Shown one piece after another: positions 10,003 through 20,357 of a stretch of 63,738 nt of DNA. The position numbers and the translations under genes were made by a program. The stretch's first letter is position 1. Each line of letters opens with the position of its first letter. The stretch covers positions 1 to 63,738 of the forward strand of contig JBGANF010000037.1 in NCBI GenBank assembly GCA_044222475.1, written 5' to 3'. Source of the stretch: Polyangiaceae bacterium (GTDB lineage: Bacteria > Myxococcota_A > Polyangia > Polyangiales > Polyangiaceae). Under the pieces are notes generated by a model. The model saw only the letters and a program-made list of their open reading frames with translations, had not been told where the DNA came from and searched no databases.

Positions 10003-13000
10003 ATGAGCCCGACGATCGCGCCCACCCCCGGTTTCCTTCGCCGCATCCACGCTCGTCGCGGTCACGCGATTGCGGTTCCGTCGTCGCCGCCGCAGCTCGA
10101 CAAGCTCTGGGCGCGCGTCACCACGACGTGGAAGAAGACGAAGAAGTGGTGGGCCCCCGGCTTCGACGCGAACGGCGACGACCTCGCGCGGCGCACGGTC
10201 CTAGCGTCGGACCTCCTCTCGGGGAAGCGGCCCACGACCTTCGACCGTGGCGTGTTCGCCGCCGCCGAGCGCATGGTGGGCTTCAACGGCGGCGATGATC
10301 TCTCGCTCGTGTGGATCGCGAACGATCTCGCGGGTCCGGTGGCCGCCCTCGAGATCGAGCTCGACGCCCTCGGCCTCGAAACGGAGCGCGGGAGCGCGGG
10401 CTCCACCTGGTGCATGCGCCTCGCGCCGAAGCCGGCGCGCTTCCATGGGTCGCTGTCTTTCGCCGCGACGCGCAGCCTCGTCTGCTCGATGAACGACGAC
10501 GACTACGAGCGAGCACGCGCCGTCGCCGCCGTGGCGCGTCCCGCGTTCGACCCCAAGCAGCGCGCCGCAGTGGCCTTCTTCTTCCCTGAAGAGCCGTGGG
10601 CCGAAGAGGGCATCCGCGAGCTGCTCCAGACTCCGGCGACCCAGCCGCGTGCGTGGGAGGTCGTCCAGTTGCTTGCATCATGCAAGGATACCGCCCTCGC
10701 CGATGCTTTCCTGTCGGCCGCGAGCGAGTGGGCCCTCTCCTATCTCCCCGATCTCGCGCTGTCGCTCCCGCTCGCGGACGTGCCCGACCTCCTCGTCACC
10801 CAAGTCGCGCGGGCCGAAGCGTCGAAGGCCATCGGCAGCGCGCAGTGGCTCACCATCGCCGAGACGCTCGCGTCGATCCAGGACGAGCGCGTCGGGCGAG
10901 CGCTCGCTCGGCTCCTCACCCACAAGTTCGCGGGTCCGGTCGCGGTCGCGTACTTCCGCGAGCACTCGGACGTCGCCCAAGCGGTTCTTCCCGCGATCGC
11001 GTCGGGGAAGACCAAAGCCGCCGACGCGGCGCGGGCGATCCTCGAGAGCGCTGCGCGACGCGCGGCCGACACGGAGGAGGCACCCGAGGCAGACGTCCCG
11101 GCGCTCCTCCGCGATCCGCCGTGGAGGGATCCCAAGAAGACGAAGGCCAAGCGCGCGGTGCTCGCGCTCGAGCCGTTGCCGTTGCCGGAGCGAATCGTGT
11201 GGGCGCCCGGCGAGCGTGAAGAGAACGCGAAGACGAATCACTACCGCGGTGATGCGCGCGAGATGACTCCCGAAGAGCTCGCCGCGTACGACGCCACGAG
11301 CCCGAAGCACGTCGACGTGTGGCCCCGGTGGGCGAACGGCCAGTTCCACCTCCTCCTCGTGCCGACCGAGCGTGGCCTGGCCGAGTGGAACCAGGATCCC
11401 AAGAGCTACGCCAACCGCGGGCCCACTCACGTACTCGCGCGCTACGGCGAAGCGGCCATCCCGGGCTTGCTCATGCGCGACCCGTTCGGGTGGACCAACC
11501 TCCAGACGTTCGACGCGATGACCCACGTCGAGTCGCCGCGGGTGGCGCTCTTCGCCGCGCGCGGCGCGCAGCGCAAGCCCTATCGGAAGATGGCGCACGC
11601 CTACCTCGACCGATACCCCGTTGCCTGCGCGACGGGGCTCGTCCCCGTTGCGTTCGGGGAGGCTGGCAAGGACCAGCGGGCGGCCGAAGACGCGCTCCGC
11701 TTCCTCGCCCAGAAGGGCCACGAGCAGAGCCTTCGAGACGTCGCCGAGCGCTACGGAGTGGCCGCGGCGACCGAAATGGACGCGTTCCTCGCGCGGGATC
11801 CGCTGTCCGTCCTCGAGGTCAAAGGCAAGCTCCCCGACTTCGTGCGCATCGACGAGCTCCCCCATCCTCGTACCAAAAAGGGACAGTCGGTCGGTGCTGC
11901 GGCGATCGAAGCCATCCTCGATGCGCTGCGCGGCAGCCCCCTCGACCCCGCCTACCCGGGCCTCGCGCAGCTGAAGGACGAGCTCGACCCGAAGTCGCTC
12001 GCCGATCTCGCCTGGGCGCTGACGACGGCGTGGAACCTCGCGGGCGCGAAGATCATCCACGCGTGGATGCCGCAAGCGCTCGCGCACTTCGGTGACGAGT
12101 CGACCGCTCGCAAGCTGGCGCCCCTCGCCGCGGAGTGGGGGCGCAAGGATGCGAAGAAGGCGGAGCTCGGGATCGCGATCCTCGCCCACCTCGGAACCGA
12201 CGCCGCGCTTCTGCACCTCGGAAACCTCGCCGACAAAGCGCGCTTCGCACCCGCGCGCGCGGCGGCGAAGGCCGCGCTCGAGGCGATCGCGGAGGCGCGC
12301 GGCCTCTCGCTCGACGAGCTGTCCGATCGCACCGTGCCGACGTTGGATCTCGATGCCGACGGTTCGACGACGCTCGACTTCGGCGCGCGCACGTTCCGCG
12401 TCGTGTTCGACGAGACGCTCGCGCCCGTCGTCGTCGCGCCGGACGGGACGCGAGCGAAAACGCTCCCCCGGGGCACCAAAGAGGACGACAAAGCGAAGGT
12501 GAAAGCCGCGAGCGACCGGTTCAAGGCGCTCAAGGCCGACGCGCTCGCGGTCGCCGCGAACCAGATTCGCCGGCTCGAGCGAGCGATGGTCTTCGGTCGA
12601 ACGTGGTCCGCCGAGGATTTCGATCGTCTGCTCGCCCACCATCCGCTGCTCGTCCATCTCGTGCGTCGACTCGTCTGGGGAACGTTCGATGGCGGCAGGC
12701 TCGCGTCGTCGTTCCGCGTCGCGGAGGAAGGAACGCTCGCCGATGCAGACGATCGCGAGCTCGAGAGGCCGACCGGCTCGGTCGGCATCGCTCATCCCCT
12801 CGTCCTCGGTCAGGAGAGGCGCGAAGCGTGGGCGCGGGTGCTCGGCGACTACGAGATCATTCAGCCGTTCGAGCAAGTCGGTCGCGGTCTCCACTCGCTC
12901 GAGCCCGCCGAGCTCGCCGGTGAGACGAGCGTGCGCTTCACGGGGTCCACCGCGAAGGCGGGGGCGGTCCTCGGCACGCTCGACGCGCGCGGGTGGGATC

Positions 13001-13227
13001 GCATCGCCGACTCCTGGGTCACGAGCTACTCGCGGGCGGTGCGCACGTCACACGGCGAAGGGCGCCTCACGCTCACGTTCGAGCCAGGCATCGCGCTCGA
13101 CGACGTGGCGGGCTCGCCCGTTCAGACGCTGAAGAACGTCACGCTGTCGGGCGCGCCGAAGCTCGGCGACGTGGACCCGATCGACCTGTCGGAGGCGTTG
13201 CGCGACCTCGAAGCGCTGCGGCGCTAG
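10003..13227 (+). CDS. DUF4132-domain protein
   Basis: DELSDRTVPTLDLDADG...LDFGARTF, RLERAMV, HHPLLVHLVRRLVW, AHPL, DYEIIQPFEQVGR. Confidence 0.88.
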   Translation: MSPTIAPTPGFLRRIHARRGHAIAVPSSPPQLDKLWARVTTTWKKTKKWWAPGFDANGDDLARRTVLASDLLSGKRPTTFDRGVFAAAERMVGFNGGDDLSLVWIANDLAGPVAALEIELDALGLETERGSAGSTWCMRLAPKPARFHGSLSFAATRSLVCSMNDDDYERARAVAAVARPAFDPKQRAAVAFFFPEEPWAEEGIRELLQTPATQPRAWEVVQLLASCKDTALADAFLSAASEWALSYLPDLALSLPLADVPDLLVTQVARAEASKAIGSAQWLTIAETLASIQDERVGRALARLLTHKFAGPVAVAYFREHSDVAQAVLPAIASGKTKAADAARAILESAARRAADTEEAPEADVPALLRDPPWRDPKKTKAKRAVLALEPLPLPERIVWAPGEREENAKTNHYRGDAREMTPEELAAYDATSPKHVDVWPRWANGQFHLLLVPTERGLAEWNQDPKSYANRGPTHVLARYGEAAIPGLLMRDPFGWTNLQTFDAMTHVESPRVALFAARGAQRKPYRKMAHAYLDRYPVACATGLVPVAFGEAGKDQRAAEDALRFLAQKGHEQSLRDVAERYGVAAATEMDAFLARDPLSVLEVKGKLPDFVRIDELPHPRTKKGQSVGAAAIEAILDALRGSPLDPAYPGLAQLKDELDPKSLADLAWALTTAWNLAGAKIIHAWMPQALAHFGDESTARKLAPLAAEWGRKDAKKAELGIAILAHLGTDAALLHLGNLADKARFAPARAAAKAALEAIAEARGLSLDELSDRTVPTLDLDADGSTTLDFGARTFRVVFDETLAPVVVAPDGTRAKTLPRGTKEDDKAKVKAASDRFKALKADALAVAANQIRRLERAMVFGRTWSAEDFDRLLAHHPLLVHLVRRLVWGTFDGGRLASSFRVAEEGTLADADDRELERPTGSVGIAHPLVLGQERREAWARVLGDYEIIQPFEQVGRGLHSLEPAELAGETSVRFTGSTAKAGAVLGTLDARGWDRIADSWVTSYSRAVRTSHGEGRLTLTFEPGIALDDVAGSPVQTLKNVTLSGAPKLGDVDPIDLSEALRDLEALRR

Positions 13228-14459
13228 CGCTTCCCCTTCAGCAAGAACGTCGACATTTCGCCTTTGCCCTTCACCTGGATCGAGCCGCGATCTTCGAAGA
13301 CGAACGCGTCCGCAAGGCGATCGCGAACTTCACGCGTCACGTGGATCTCGTCGGCGACGCCACTCGATTCCATGCGGCTCGCGGTGTTCACGGTGTCACC
13401 CCAGAGATCGTAGATGAACTTGCGCTTCCCGATGACGCCAGCGACGACCGGTCCCGTGTGGATCCCGATCCGCAGGCGAAGCGAGTAGCCGCCCTCGCGG
13501 TTGACGCGCGCCAGCGCGTCGCGCATCCCGAGCGCCATGCGGGCGACCGCTTCGACGTGATCGGCCCTGGCGTCCGGCAAGCCAGCGGCGACCATGTAGC
13601 AGTCGCCGATCGTCTTGATCTTTTCGAGTCGGAGCTCCTCGGCGAGATCGTCGAACGCGGAGAAGATCCGGTTCAGCATCTCGACCAGCGCCTCGGGCGA
13701 GAGCTTCTGACTGAGCTCGGTGAAACCGACGATGTCGGCGAAGAGCACCGTGACCTCGGCGAAGCCATCGGCGATGGGTTTCCCCTCGTCCTTGAGTCGC
13801 GTCGAGATCTTCTCGGGCAGGATGTTCAACAGAAGGCGCTCGGACCGAGCGTGCTCTTCGGCGAGGCGAGCCTCGGCGATCGTCGTGTCGCGGGTGAATA
13901 GGTGCACGATGACGATGACCGTCGCGATCACCGCAACCGCCGAAGCGACGTCGATCGCGCGCGCGACCATCGGGGTGACGAGCGGGTTCGTCACGTCTTC
14001 GGTGGCCGTTCGGACGAACGCGGTGCAGGCCACGCTGAGCAGCGCGAAGAGCCACTTCAGCCAGAACTGATGCTCGAAGAGGATGAACGCGACCAGCGCG
14101 AACAAGAAGAAGTAGTAGAGGAAGCCGACGCGTCCGCCGAGCAGCATGCTGGCGACGACCACCACCAAGTTCACGGGCAAGAGCACGAGGATCTTGGCTG
14201 CGGTGTGAGCCCCTCGCGCGCTCGCGATGAGCGCGCCCACGAGGGCGACGACTGCACCGATGTTGGCCAGCATCGGCTCGCGAAATGACGCGCCAGCGAT
14301 GGCGTATGCCACGGCGAACGCCCCGCAGCTCACCACGCCGATGACCGCGCTCTGGTTCGTCAGCCGGATGCGACGCCGGTCGCCCACGGTGCTCGCGTCC
14401 GACCCGGTGCCGTCGACGATCCCGAGGCTGGAAATGCGTTCCCACGCGCCGCGTAGCAT
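13224..14459 (-). CDS. Membrane-bound class III adenylate/guanylate cyclase
   Basis: VTVLFADIVGFT, KIKTIGDCYM, YDLWGDTVNTASRMES; N-terminal TM helices. Confidence 0.95.
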   Translation of the reverse strand: MLRGAWERISSLGIVDGTGSDASTVGDRRRIRLTNQSAVIGVVSCGAFAVAYAIAGASFREPMLANIGAVVALVGALIASARGAHTAAKILVLLPVNLVVVVASMLLGGRVGFLYYFFLFALVAFILFEHQFWLKWLFALLSVACTAFVRTATEDVTNPLVTPMVARAIDVASAVAVIATVIVIVHLFTRDTTIAEARLAEEHARSERLLLNILPEKISTRLKDEGKPIADGFAEVTVLFADIVGFTELSQKLSPEALVEMLNRIFSAFDDLAEELRLEKIKTIGDCYMVAAGLPDARADHVEAVARMALGMRDALARVNREGGYSLRLRIGIHTGPVVAGVIGKRKFIYDLWGDTVNTASRMESSGVADEIHVTREVRDRLADAFVFEDRGSIQVKGKGEMSTFLLKGKR

Positions 14460-14494
14460 TCGCGTCCGAGTCTACGCGATGGCAAGATGAGCAC

Positions 14495-15487
14495 ATGCGG
14501 AAGAAGCTGCTCGCTACGCTCGCCTCGGCAATCGTGCTCTTCGGTGGTGCATCGAGCGCCAACGCCGACGCGACGACGCTCAAGATCGGAACGCTCGCTC
14601 CCCCCGACTCCCCGTGGGGTCAGGTCTTCAAGGTCTGGCAACAGGGCGTCGATCAGCGCTCGGGCGGCAACCTCAAGCTCCAGTTCTTCTGGAACGGTCA
14701 ACAAGGTGACGACGTCGCGATGGTCGCGAAGATCCGCAGCGGCCAGCTCGACGGCGCGGCGATCTCGGCCGCCGGCCTCGGGCAGATCTACAAGCAGGTG
14801 CTCGTTCTCCAGATGCCGGGCCTCTTCCGCGAGTGGGCCAAGCTCGACGCGGCGCGCAACGCGATGCGGCCTGGATTCGACGCCGAGTTCGACAAGCAGG
14901 GCTTCAAGGTTCTCGGCTGGGGAGACATCGGTCGAGCCCACTCCATGAGCAAGGGCTTCGCGATCCGCACGCCGGCCGATCTCAAGCACAAGAACACGTT
15001 CTATCTCCCCGGAGATCCGATCGGTCCGATGGTGTTCACGGTCGTCGGCGACATCACGCCGAAGCAGGTCGCCGTGCCGGAGATTCTCCCCGGTCTGACC
15101 AACGGGACCATCAACGTGATCACCGCGCCGGCGCTCGTCGCCGAACAGCTCCAGTGGTCGAGCCGCCTCGATCACATGGGCGACGACGTCGGCGGCATCG
15201 GCATCGGCGCGCTCGTATTCGCGGCGCCGAAGATCGCCAATCTACCCGCCGATGCGCGCGAGATCCTGACGGACACCGGCAAGATCGCCGGCGAAGCGCT
15301 CACTCGCCGCATCCGCGCCGAGGACGACGCGGCGTTCGCGCGCCTGCAAGGGCGCATGACGCACTACTCGCTCACCGAAGCCGAGAAGGAAGAGTGGAAG
15401 AAGGTCTTCATCGAGGTCGGCAAGCGACTCCGCGGCACCGTCTTCCAAACGCAGCTCGTGGACGACGCGGTGAAGTACGCGCAATAG
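14495..15487 (+). CDS. dctP: TRAP transporter substrate-binding protein (DctP family)
   Basis: Signal peptide then TLKIGTLAPPDSPW...KIRSGQLDGA; no DctQ/M adjacent. Confidence 0.85.
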   Translation: MRKKLLATLASAIVLFGGASSANADATTLKIGTLAPPDSPWGQVFKVWQQGVDQRSGGNLKLQFFWNGQQGDDVAMVAKIRSGQLDGAAISAAGLGQIYKQVLVLQMPGLFREWAKLDAARNAMRPGFDAEFDKQGFKVLGWGDIGRAHSMSKGFAIRTPADLKHKNTFYLPGDPIGPMVFTVVGDITPKQVAVPEILPGLTNGTINVITAPALVAEQLQWSSRLDHMGDDVGGIGIGALVFAAPKIANLPADAREILTDTGKIAGEALTRRIRAEDDAAFARLQGRMTHYSLTEAEKEEWKKVFIEVGKRLRGTVFQTQLVDDAVKYAQ

Positions 15488-15503
15488 CGCTTCTAGGAAG
15501 CGC
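15487..15503. terminator. Short hairpin between convergent genes
   Basis: GCGCTTC-TAG-GAAGCGC, a perfect 7-bp stem. Confidence 0.4.
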
Positions 15504-15518
15504 GTCTAGGAAGCTCCG

Positions 15519-16634
15519 TTACTTGCAGCAGCGAATTCCGATGACGTCCTGGTAGCAACTCCGGCACACGGCGCCGATGACGTTGCACTTCAGCTGCCCA
15601 TCGACGGCGAGGTTCGCGTGCGAGCCTCCCCGAACGGAGCAGAAGTCACCCGCGCCGCCGTCGCCCTGGTTGTCGCAGTAGCCGGTGAACTCGTAAATGT
15701 TCCCGGACATGTCGAACACCGCCGGGCCGCCATCGAGCGGGGAGCGACACTGAGAGTACGTGCCGACGTTCGCGCTCCCACCACCATCGGTCACGTCATC
15801 GCGACACTTTCCTGCCGCGTAGGCGCTCCCATAGGGATACGTGAACTGACCGCCCGACGAGCACGCGGCGTACCACTGGTCTTGGAGGAAGTTGTTTTGC
15901 TCGTTGGCAGGGACGTCACCGCCACCGATCTTGCCGCAAAGGCGACGCCCTTTGAACTTGCAGTATGCAAACGCGTCGCACCAGTCGACGCCCGACACCG
16001 GACGTTGAGGCGTTCCACCGGGGTTCCACTCCGTCGATTGCGGCGTGTAGCTCGTGTTGAACGCGCACTGCGCGGGCTGTCCGCTCGTCGGCGGGTTCGT
16101 CTGGAGAAACGCCAGATACTCGGCTTGGGTGGTCTCGTAGGGATCGACCTCGCCGGGTGGCGGCCCGGCGTCGCCTCCATCACCGCTCGCATCGGGACCC
16201 GAGTCGACGCCGCCGTCGTTTTTGATCTCCGTTCCACCGTGACACGTCCCGTCGCTCCAGCACGACTGTCCGCTCACCTTGCAGGGGGTGTTCGTGCTGC
16301 ACGGTTGGCGACAGGACCCATCGCTCGCGCAAAGCAACCCCTCGGTGCAGGGCTTGCTCGAGGAGCACGTCTCCTCGGCCTTCAACCGGCACCCGCCCAC
16401 GCCGTTGGCGTCCACGATGCAGAGCCCGCCGGCCCCGCAATCGCTGTCGGTCGTGCACGCGACACGGCAGTAGACCGTCGAGCACACGGCACCGGCGCCG
16501 CACGTCTTCGGATCGCCGCCGCTCGATGCGACGCACCGGTCGCCGACCGGCAATGGAGAGTCACCGGTGCACGCCCACGCGGCGAGGCCACCCACGACGA
16601 AGACGAGTCCCACCGCCCACCCACGGATTCGCAT
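15519..16634 (-). CDS. SUMF1/FGE-sulfatase domain lipoprotein with Cys-rich N-terminus
   Basis: Signal ending AWAC; PVSGVDWCDAFAYCKFKGRRLC, YPYG, FDMSGNIYEF, RGGS, IGIRCC. Confidence 0.85.
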   Translation of the reverse strand: MRIRGWAVGLVFVVGGLAAWACTGDSPLPVGDRCVASSGGDPKTCGAGAVCSTVYCRVACTTDSDCGAGGLCIVDANGVGGCRLKAEETCSSSKPCTEGLLCASDGSCRQPCSTNTPCKVSGQSCWSDGTCHGGTEIKNDGGVDSGPDASGDGGDAGPPPGEVDPYETTQAEYLAFLQTNPPTSGQPAQCAFNTSYTPQSTEWNPGGTPQRPVSGVDWCDAFAYCKFKGRRLCGKIGGGDVPANEQNNFLQDQWYAACSSGGQFTYPYGSAYAAGKCRDDVTDGGGSANVGTYSQCRSPLDGGPAVFDMSGNIYEFTGYCDNQGDGGAGDFCSVRGGSHANLAVDGQLKCNVIGAVCRSCYQDVIGIRCCK

Positions 16635-16719
16635 GAGTGCATCGTCGCATCGGAAAATCGGCGAATCAAGCGTGAGACTTGCCACGCAGCGCAAACCGTC
16701 CGACCCTTCGACCGAGGAC

Positions 16720-17430
16720 ATGCGTCGAATTCTCGAACCCGAGGTCATGGATACGGAGGCCGACGCCGTCGAGTACGACGCGATGGACTTCCGCGAAGCG
16801 AACCAACGCTTCGCCGATGACGCGGTCGCGCTGCTCCGCGGAATCGAGGACGCGCAGGTGCTCGACATCGGGACCGGCACTGCCCAAATCCCGATCATGA
16901 TGCTGAAGCGTGACGCCAGAGACGATGCGCATCCTCGCCTGCGACATGGCGCAAGAGATGCTCCGCGTCGCCGCGCGCAACGTCGCCAACGCCGGGTTCG
17001 CCGATCGATGTCAGCTCGCGCGACTCGATGCGAAGTCGCTCCGCGTGCCGGCCCAGAAGTACGACCTCGTCATCTGCAACTCGACGATCCACCACATCCC
17101 CGATCCGTTCGTCGTGTTTCGCGGATCGCGCGCGTGCTCAAACCGCAGGGCGCCGTCCTCGTCCGCGACCTCTTCCGGCCCGACACGATGGAGGACGCAT
17201 GGGGACGGTGAACCGCGTCGCCGCCGGCGAACCTCTCCAGCGCCAGAAGCAGCTCTTCTTCGACTCGCTGTGTGCCGCGCTCTCTCTCGACGAGCAATTT
17301 CGCTCCTACGTCGAGCGGGCCGGCCCTCGAGCGGATGAAGGTCGAGGTGTGCTCCGACCGTCACTGGACCGCGGAGCGGCACCCGCGCACAACGTGTCTC
17401 GCCGCTCCGTGTCGGACCCCGCCCGCATGA
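16720..17430 (+). pseudogene. Class I SAM-dependent methyltransferase interrupted by about 4 frameshifts (pseudogene or sequencing error)
   Basis: MRRILEPEVMD...VLDIGTGTAQIP, then ILACDMAQEML...NSTIHHIPDP, IARVLKPQGAVLVRDLFRP, QLFFDSLCAALSLDE and SDRHWT in successive different frames. Confidence 0.82.
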
Positions 17431-18311
17431 GGCGGCCCCATCGCCGTCGCCGTGGGCGCGCTCATCGTCTTCGCGGCGTGCTCCGCGCGAAAACCCGCGG
17501 GGCTCATGCTGCGCCGCGATCCAGACCGACTCGACCTCTCCATGACGAAGGGATCTCGACCAGCTCGGATCTACGTCTAGCGAACACTCCGATCCTCTCC
17601 GAGACGTACATGATCGAAGGTGGCCGTTCGACTCCCGAGCACGATCGCGATCGCGCCTCCGGCCAACCCCAGCGCGGTTCGAGTCCGCGTCGTCGGATTC
17701 AAAGGCGGCTCGGCGCGCATCGTCCGCGACGCCTTCACGACGGTCCCGACCGGATCGGCTCGCCGTCCTGCCGCTTCCCCTCCATGGCTGGACGACGGCT
17801 CGGCGGTCAGGCGACGCCGAGTTCCAGGTCAGCCCCGTTCGCCAAGGCGCGGGCGGAATGCGCCGAGGGTCAGACGTCCGATCTCGGCGTGTGCGTCGAT
17901 GCCAATGTCCCCGAGTCGAAGCTCGCGCTCTACGAACCCGCCGCGATCTTCGGCGGCGGAGACGAAGGCGCGGGGAGCTGCTTCCCCACGCCCGCGTGCT
18001 TCGCGGGCGGAGTGACGCAGCCCCTCGACGAGACGACGTGCACGATCGCGAAGCCCGCAGCTCCTTCGAACGTCGCCGTCGTGACGAACGGCGACGGCGA
18101 CCTCGTCGGCACCGACGCGGTCATCGTCCTCGACGAAGGGAGCGAGTGGTCGGCGGTCGGCGATCGCCTGCAGCTCCCGAAGGCGCTCTGCGCCGCTCCC
18201 GTTCGCGCTCGCTGGAAGTTCGTTCTCACGAGCGCAGCTTGCGTCACCAAGACCGCGCGCTACCCGGTGTGCGGTCGCTACGCGACCGGAACGCCGCTCT
18301 CCACGAAGTGA
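17427..18311 (+). pseudogene. Frameshifted short paralog of the lipoproteins at 18327 and 20358
   Basis: Fragments ACSARKPAGLML, IQTD, PILSETYMIEGG, VRLPSTIAIA, IFGGG...CF and TKTARYPVCG match the downstream paralogs but lie in different frames. Confidence 0.75.
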
Positions 18312-18326
18312 GCTACGCTGTGGCGC

Positions 18327-20327
18327 ATGCGCGCCAAGCTCGCTCTCTTCTTCTTCGCTGGCATCATCGCCCTTGCGCTCGGGATCGCCTGCTCGGGCCG
18401 GGCTCCCGTCGGTCTCATGCTCGCCATCCAGACCGATCTCAGCGTCACGAAGGACTTCGACCAGATCGGCGTCTACGTCACCGCCGACGGCGCGCCCATC
18501 CTCACGCAGACGTACCCGATCGAAGGCGGTCGCGTTCGTCTGCCGAGCACCATCGCGGTGGCCGTGCCCAAGAACGAGACCGCGGTCATCCGCGCGCGCA
18601 TCGTCGCGTTCAAGACCGACGCCGCGAAGGTCCTGCGCGAGGGCATCACTACCGTCCCCAGCAACCGCCTCGCGGTGATGCCGCTTCCGCTCAAGTGGCT
18701 CAACGTCGGCTCCGGGAAGGGGACGGAAGCCGAGTTCCAGGTCAACCCGTTCGCGAAGAACCTCTCCGTCTGCCCCGACAAGGAGAACCTGAACAACGGG
18801 ATCTGCACGACGTCGATCTACCCGGTGGATCAGCTCGCCGACTACGTCGAGAGCGAGATCTTCGGCGGCGGCGAAGTCGGCGGCGGCGAGTGCTTCGACA
18901 CCAAGGCGTGCTTCGCCGATCGCGTCGCGGTCCCGGTCGACGAAGCGACTTGCACCGTGCCCACGCTCGGATCGGTGACGAACGTCGCCGTCGGCACCGA
19001 CGGTGACGGCGAACCGATCGGGTCCGACACGCTCGTCGTCCTCGACGGCGCGGACTACACCGTGACCACGGGCAAGGTCACCCTCCCGAAGACTCTCTGC
19101 GATCCCGCCGGCATGAAGCCGAAGCGCAAAGCGATCTTCCTATCGACGTCGTGTCCGACGAAGACGTCGAAGTACCCGATCTGCGGTCCCTACTCGACGG
19201 GGAAGCCGCAAGCGCTCCTCGCGGACGCAGGCTCGCTCGACGGTGCGTTCCCTCCAGGCGACGGCGGCGACGCCGGAGTTGCGGTCGGCGAGCTCATCGG
19301 CGCGACCGAGCCGAGCATCGGAACCATCGCGGTCGGCCCGGACTACATCTACGGCATCGGCGCCGATCCGAACGACGGCGGAGCGTTCCGCTTGGTCGGG
19401 TACCCGCTCGCCGGCGACGGCGGCATGCCCATGATCGTGAACCTCGCGTCTCCTCCGACGGACAGCTTCGAGTCGACCGCGATCGCTCTCGGGTTCGACG
19501 GGAAGGACCTCGGCGTCCTTCGAGTAGGGCAGCCGGTCTCGAGCAGCCTCGAGCTCTATCAACTCGAGGCCGGAGTCCCGACGCTCCCGCTGCAGTTCAC
19601 CGACGACTACCCACTCAACGTGCTCGCGGGCGGGCGCGCCTATCTCTACACGACGAAGGCCACCATCGATCCCGACGCGGGGCCGGCGTTCCACCTCGGC
19701 CGTTTCGAGAAGGCCACGCTCGGCGAGACCTCCGACGTCATCTCGACCATCGTCGAGCCGGTGGCCTCGCTCGCCTACGCCGAAGCGCCCGACCTCGGCG
19801 ACGGCGCGACGACCTTCGGCTACCTCTTCGCCGCCCACGGCACCAACGTCGATCGAGTCGTCGACGTCGAAAACCCGAATCCATCGTCGATGGTGATCGA
19901 TGCGCCCTATGCGACGGGCGGCACGAATGGCGTCTCGGCAGTTGCCGTCTCCGCGCGGGGGAAGCTCTACGTCGCCACCGTGGACAAGAGCGGAAACCTC
20001 GACGTGAAGATGGGGCCGGCGTACTCGACGTCGCTCCCGGTGAACTTCACCTCCGTGGCGAGCGGCCTCAAGGCCATGCCGTTCCTCGGGCCCTTGGGCG
20101 CTCGTTTCTACGGTCTCGTGACCGCCGGAAAATACGTGTACATTGCACATGAAGGCGGCATCGCCTACGTCTCCGACGACGGCTCGGTGGGGCTCACGAA
20201 GCTGATCACCGACAGCGGCATCTTCTCCCTCGCGACGGACGGCAAGAACCTCTACTGGGCCGCCGCCAAGGCCGGTGGTGCCAGCCCCAAGACGGAAGGC
20301 TTCTTCCGCCTGCCGCTGCCCAAGTGA
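18327..20327 (+). CDS. Lipoprotein with conserved Cys-containing N-terminal region and beta-rich C-terminal domain
   Basis: Lipobox GIAC; 666 aa; ends LATDGKNLYW...GFFRLP. Confidence 0.8.
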   Translation: MRAKLALFFFAGIIALALGIACSGRAPVGLMLAIQTDLSVTKDFDQIGVYVTADGAPILTQTYPIEGGRVRLPSTIAVAVPKNETAVIRARIVAFKTDAAKVLREGITTVPSNRLAVMPLPLKWLNVGSGKGTEAEFQVNPFAKNLSVCPDKENLNNGICTTSIYPVDQLADYVESEIFGGGEVGGGECFDTKACFADRVAVPVDEATCTVPTLGSVTNVAVGTDGDGEPIGSDTLVVLDGADYTVTTGKVTLPKTLCDPAGMKPKRKAIFLSTSCPTKTSKYPICGPYSTGKPQALLADAGSLDGAFPPGDGGDAGVAVGELIGATEPSIGTIAVGPDYIYGIGADPNDGGAFRLVGYPLAGDGGMPMIVNLASPPTDSFESTAIALGFDGKDLGVLRVGQPVSSSLELYQLEAGVPTLPLQFTDDYPLNVLAGGRAYLYTTKATIDPDAGPAFHLGRFEKATLGETSDVISTIVEPVASLAYAEAPDLGDGATTFGYLFAAHGTNVDRVVDVENPNPSSMVIDAPYATGGTNGVSAVAVSARGKLYVATVDKSGNLDVKMGPAYSTSLPVNFTSVASGLKAMPFLGPLGARFYGLVTAGKYVYIAHEGGIAYVSDDGSVGLTKLITDSGIFSLATDGKNLYWAAAKAGGASPKTEGFFRLPLPK

Positions 20328-20357
20328 TGCGTGGCGGTGCTAGGCTGTTCGGCTGAC

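Noticed and set aside
16720..18311. Programmed ribosomal frameshifting
   Set aside because: Too many shifts over two unrelated genes and no slippery heptamers noticed.
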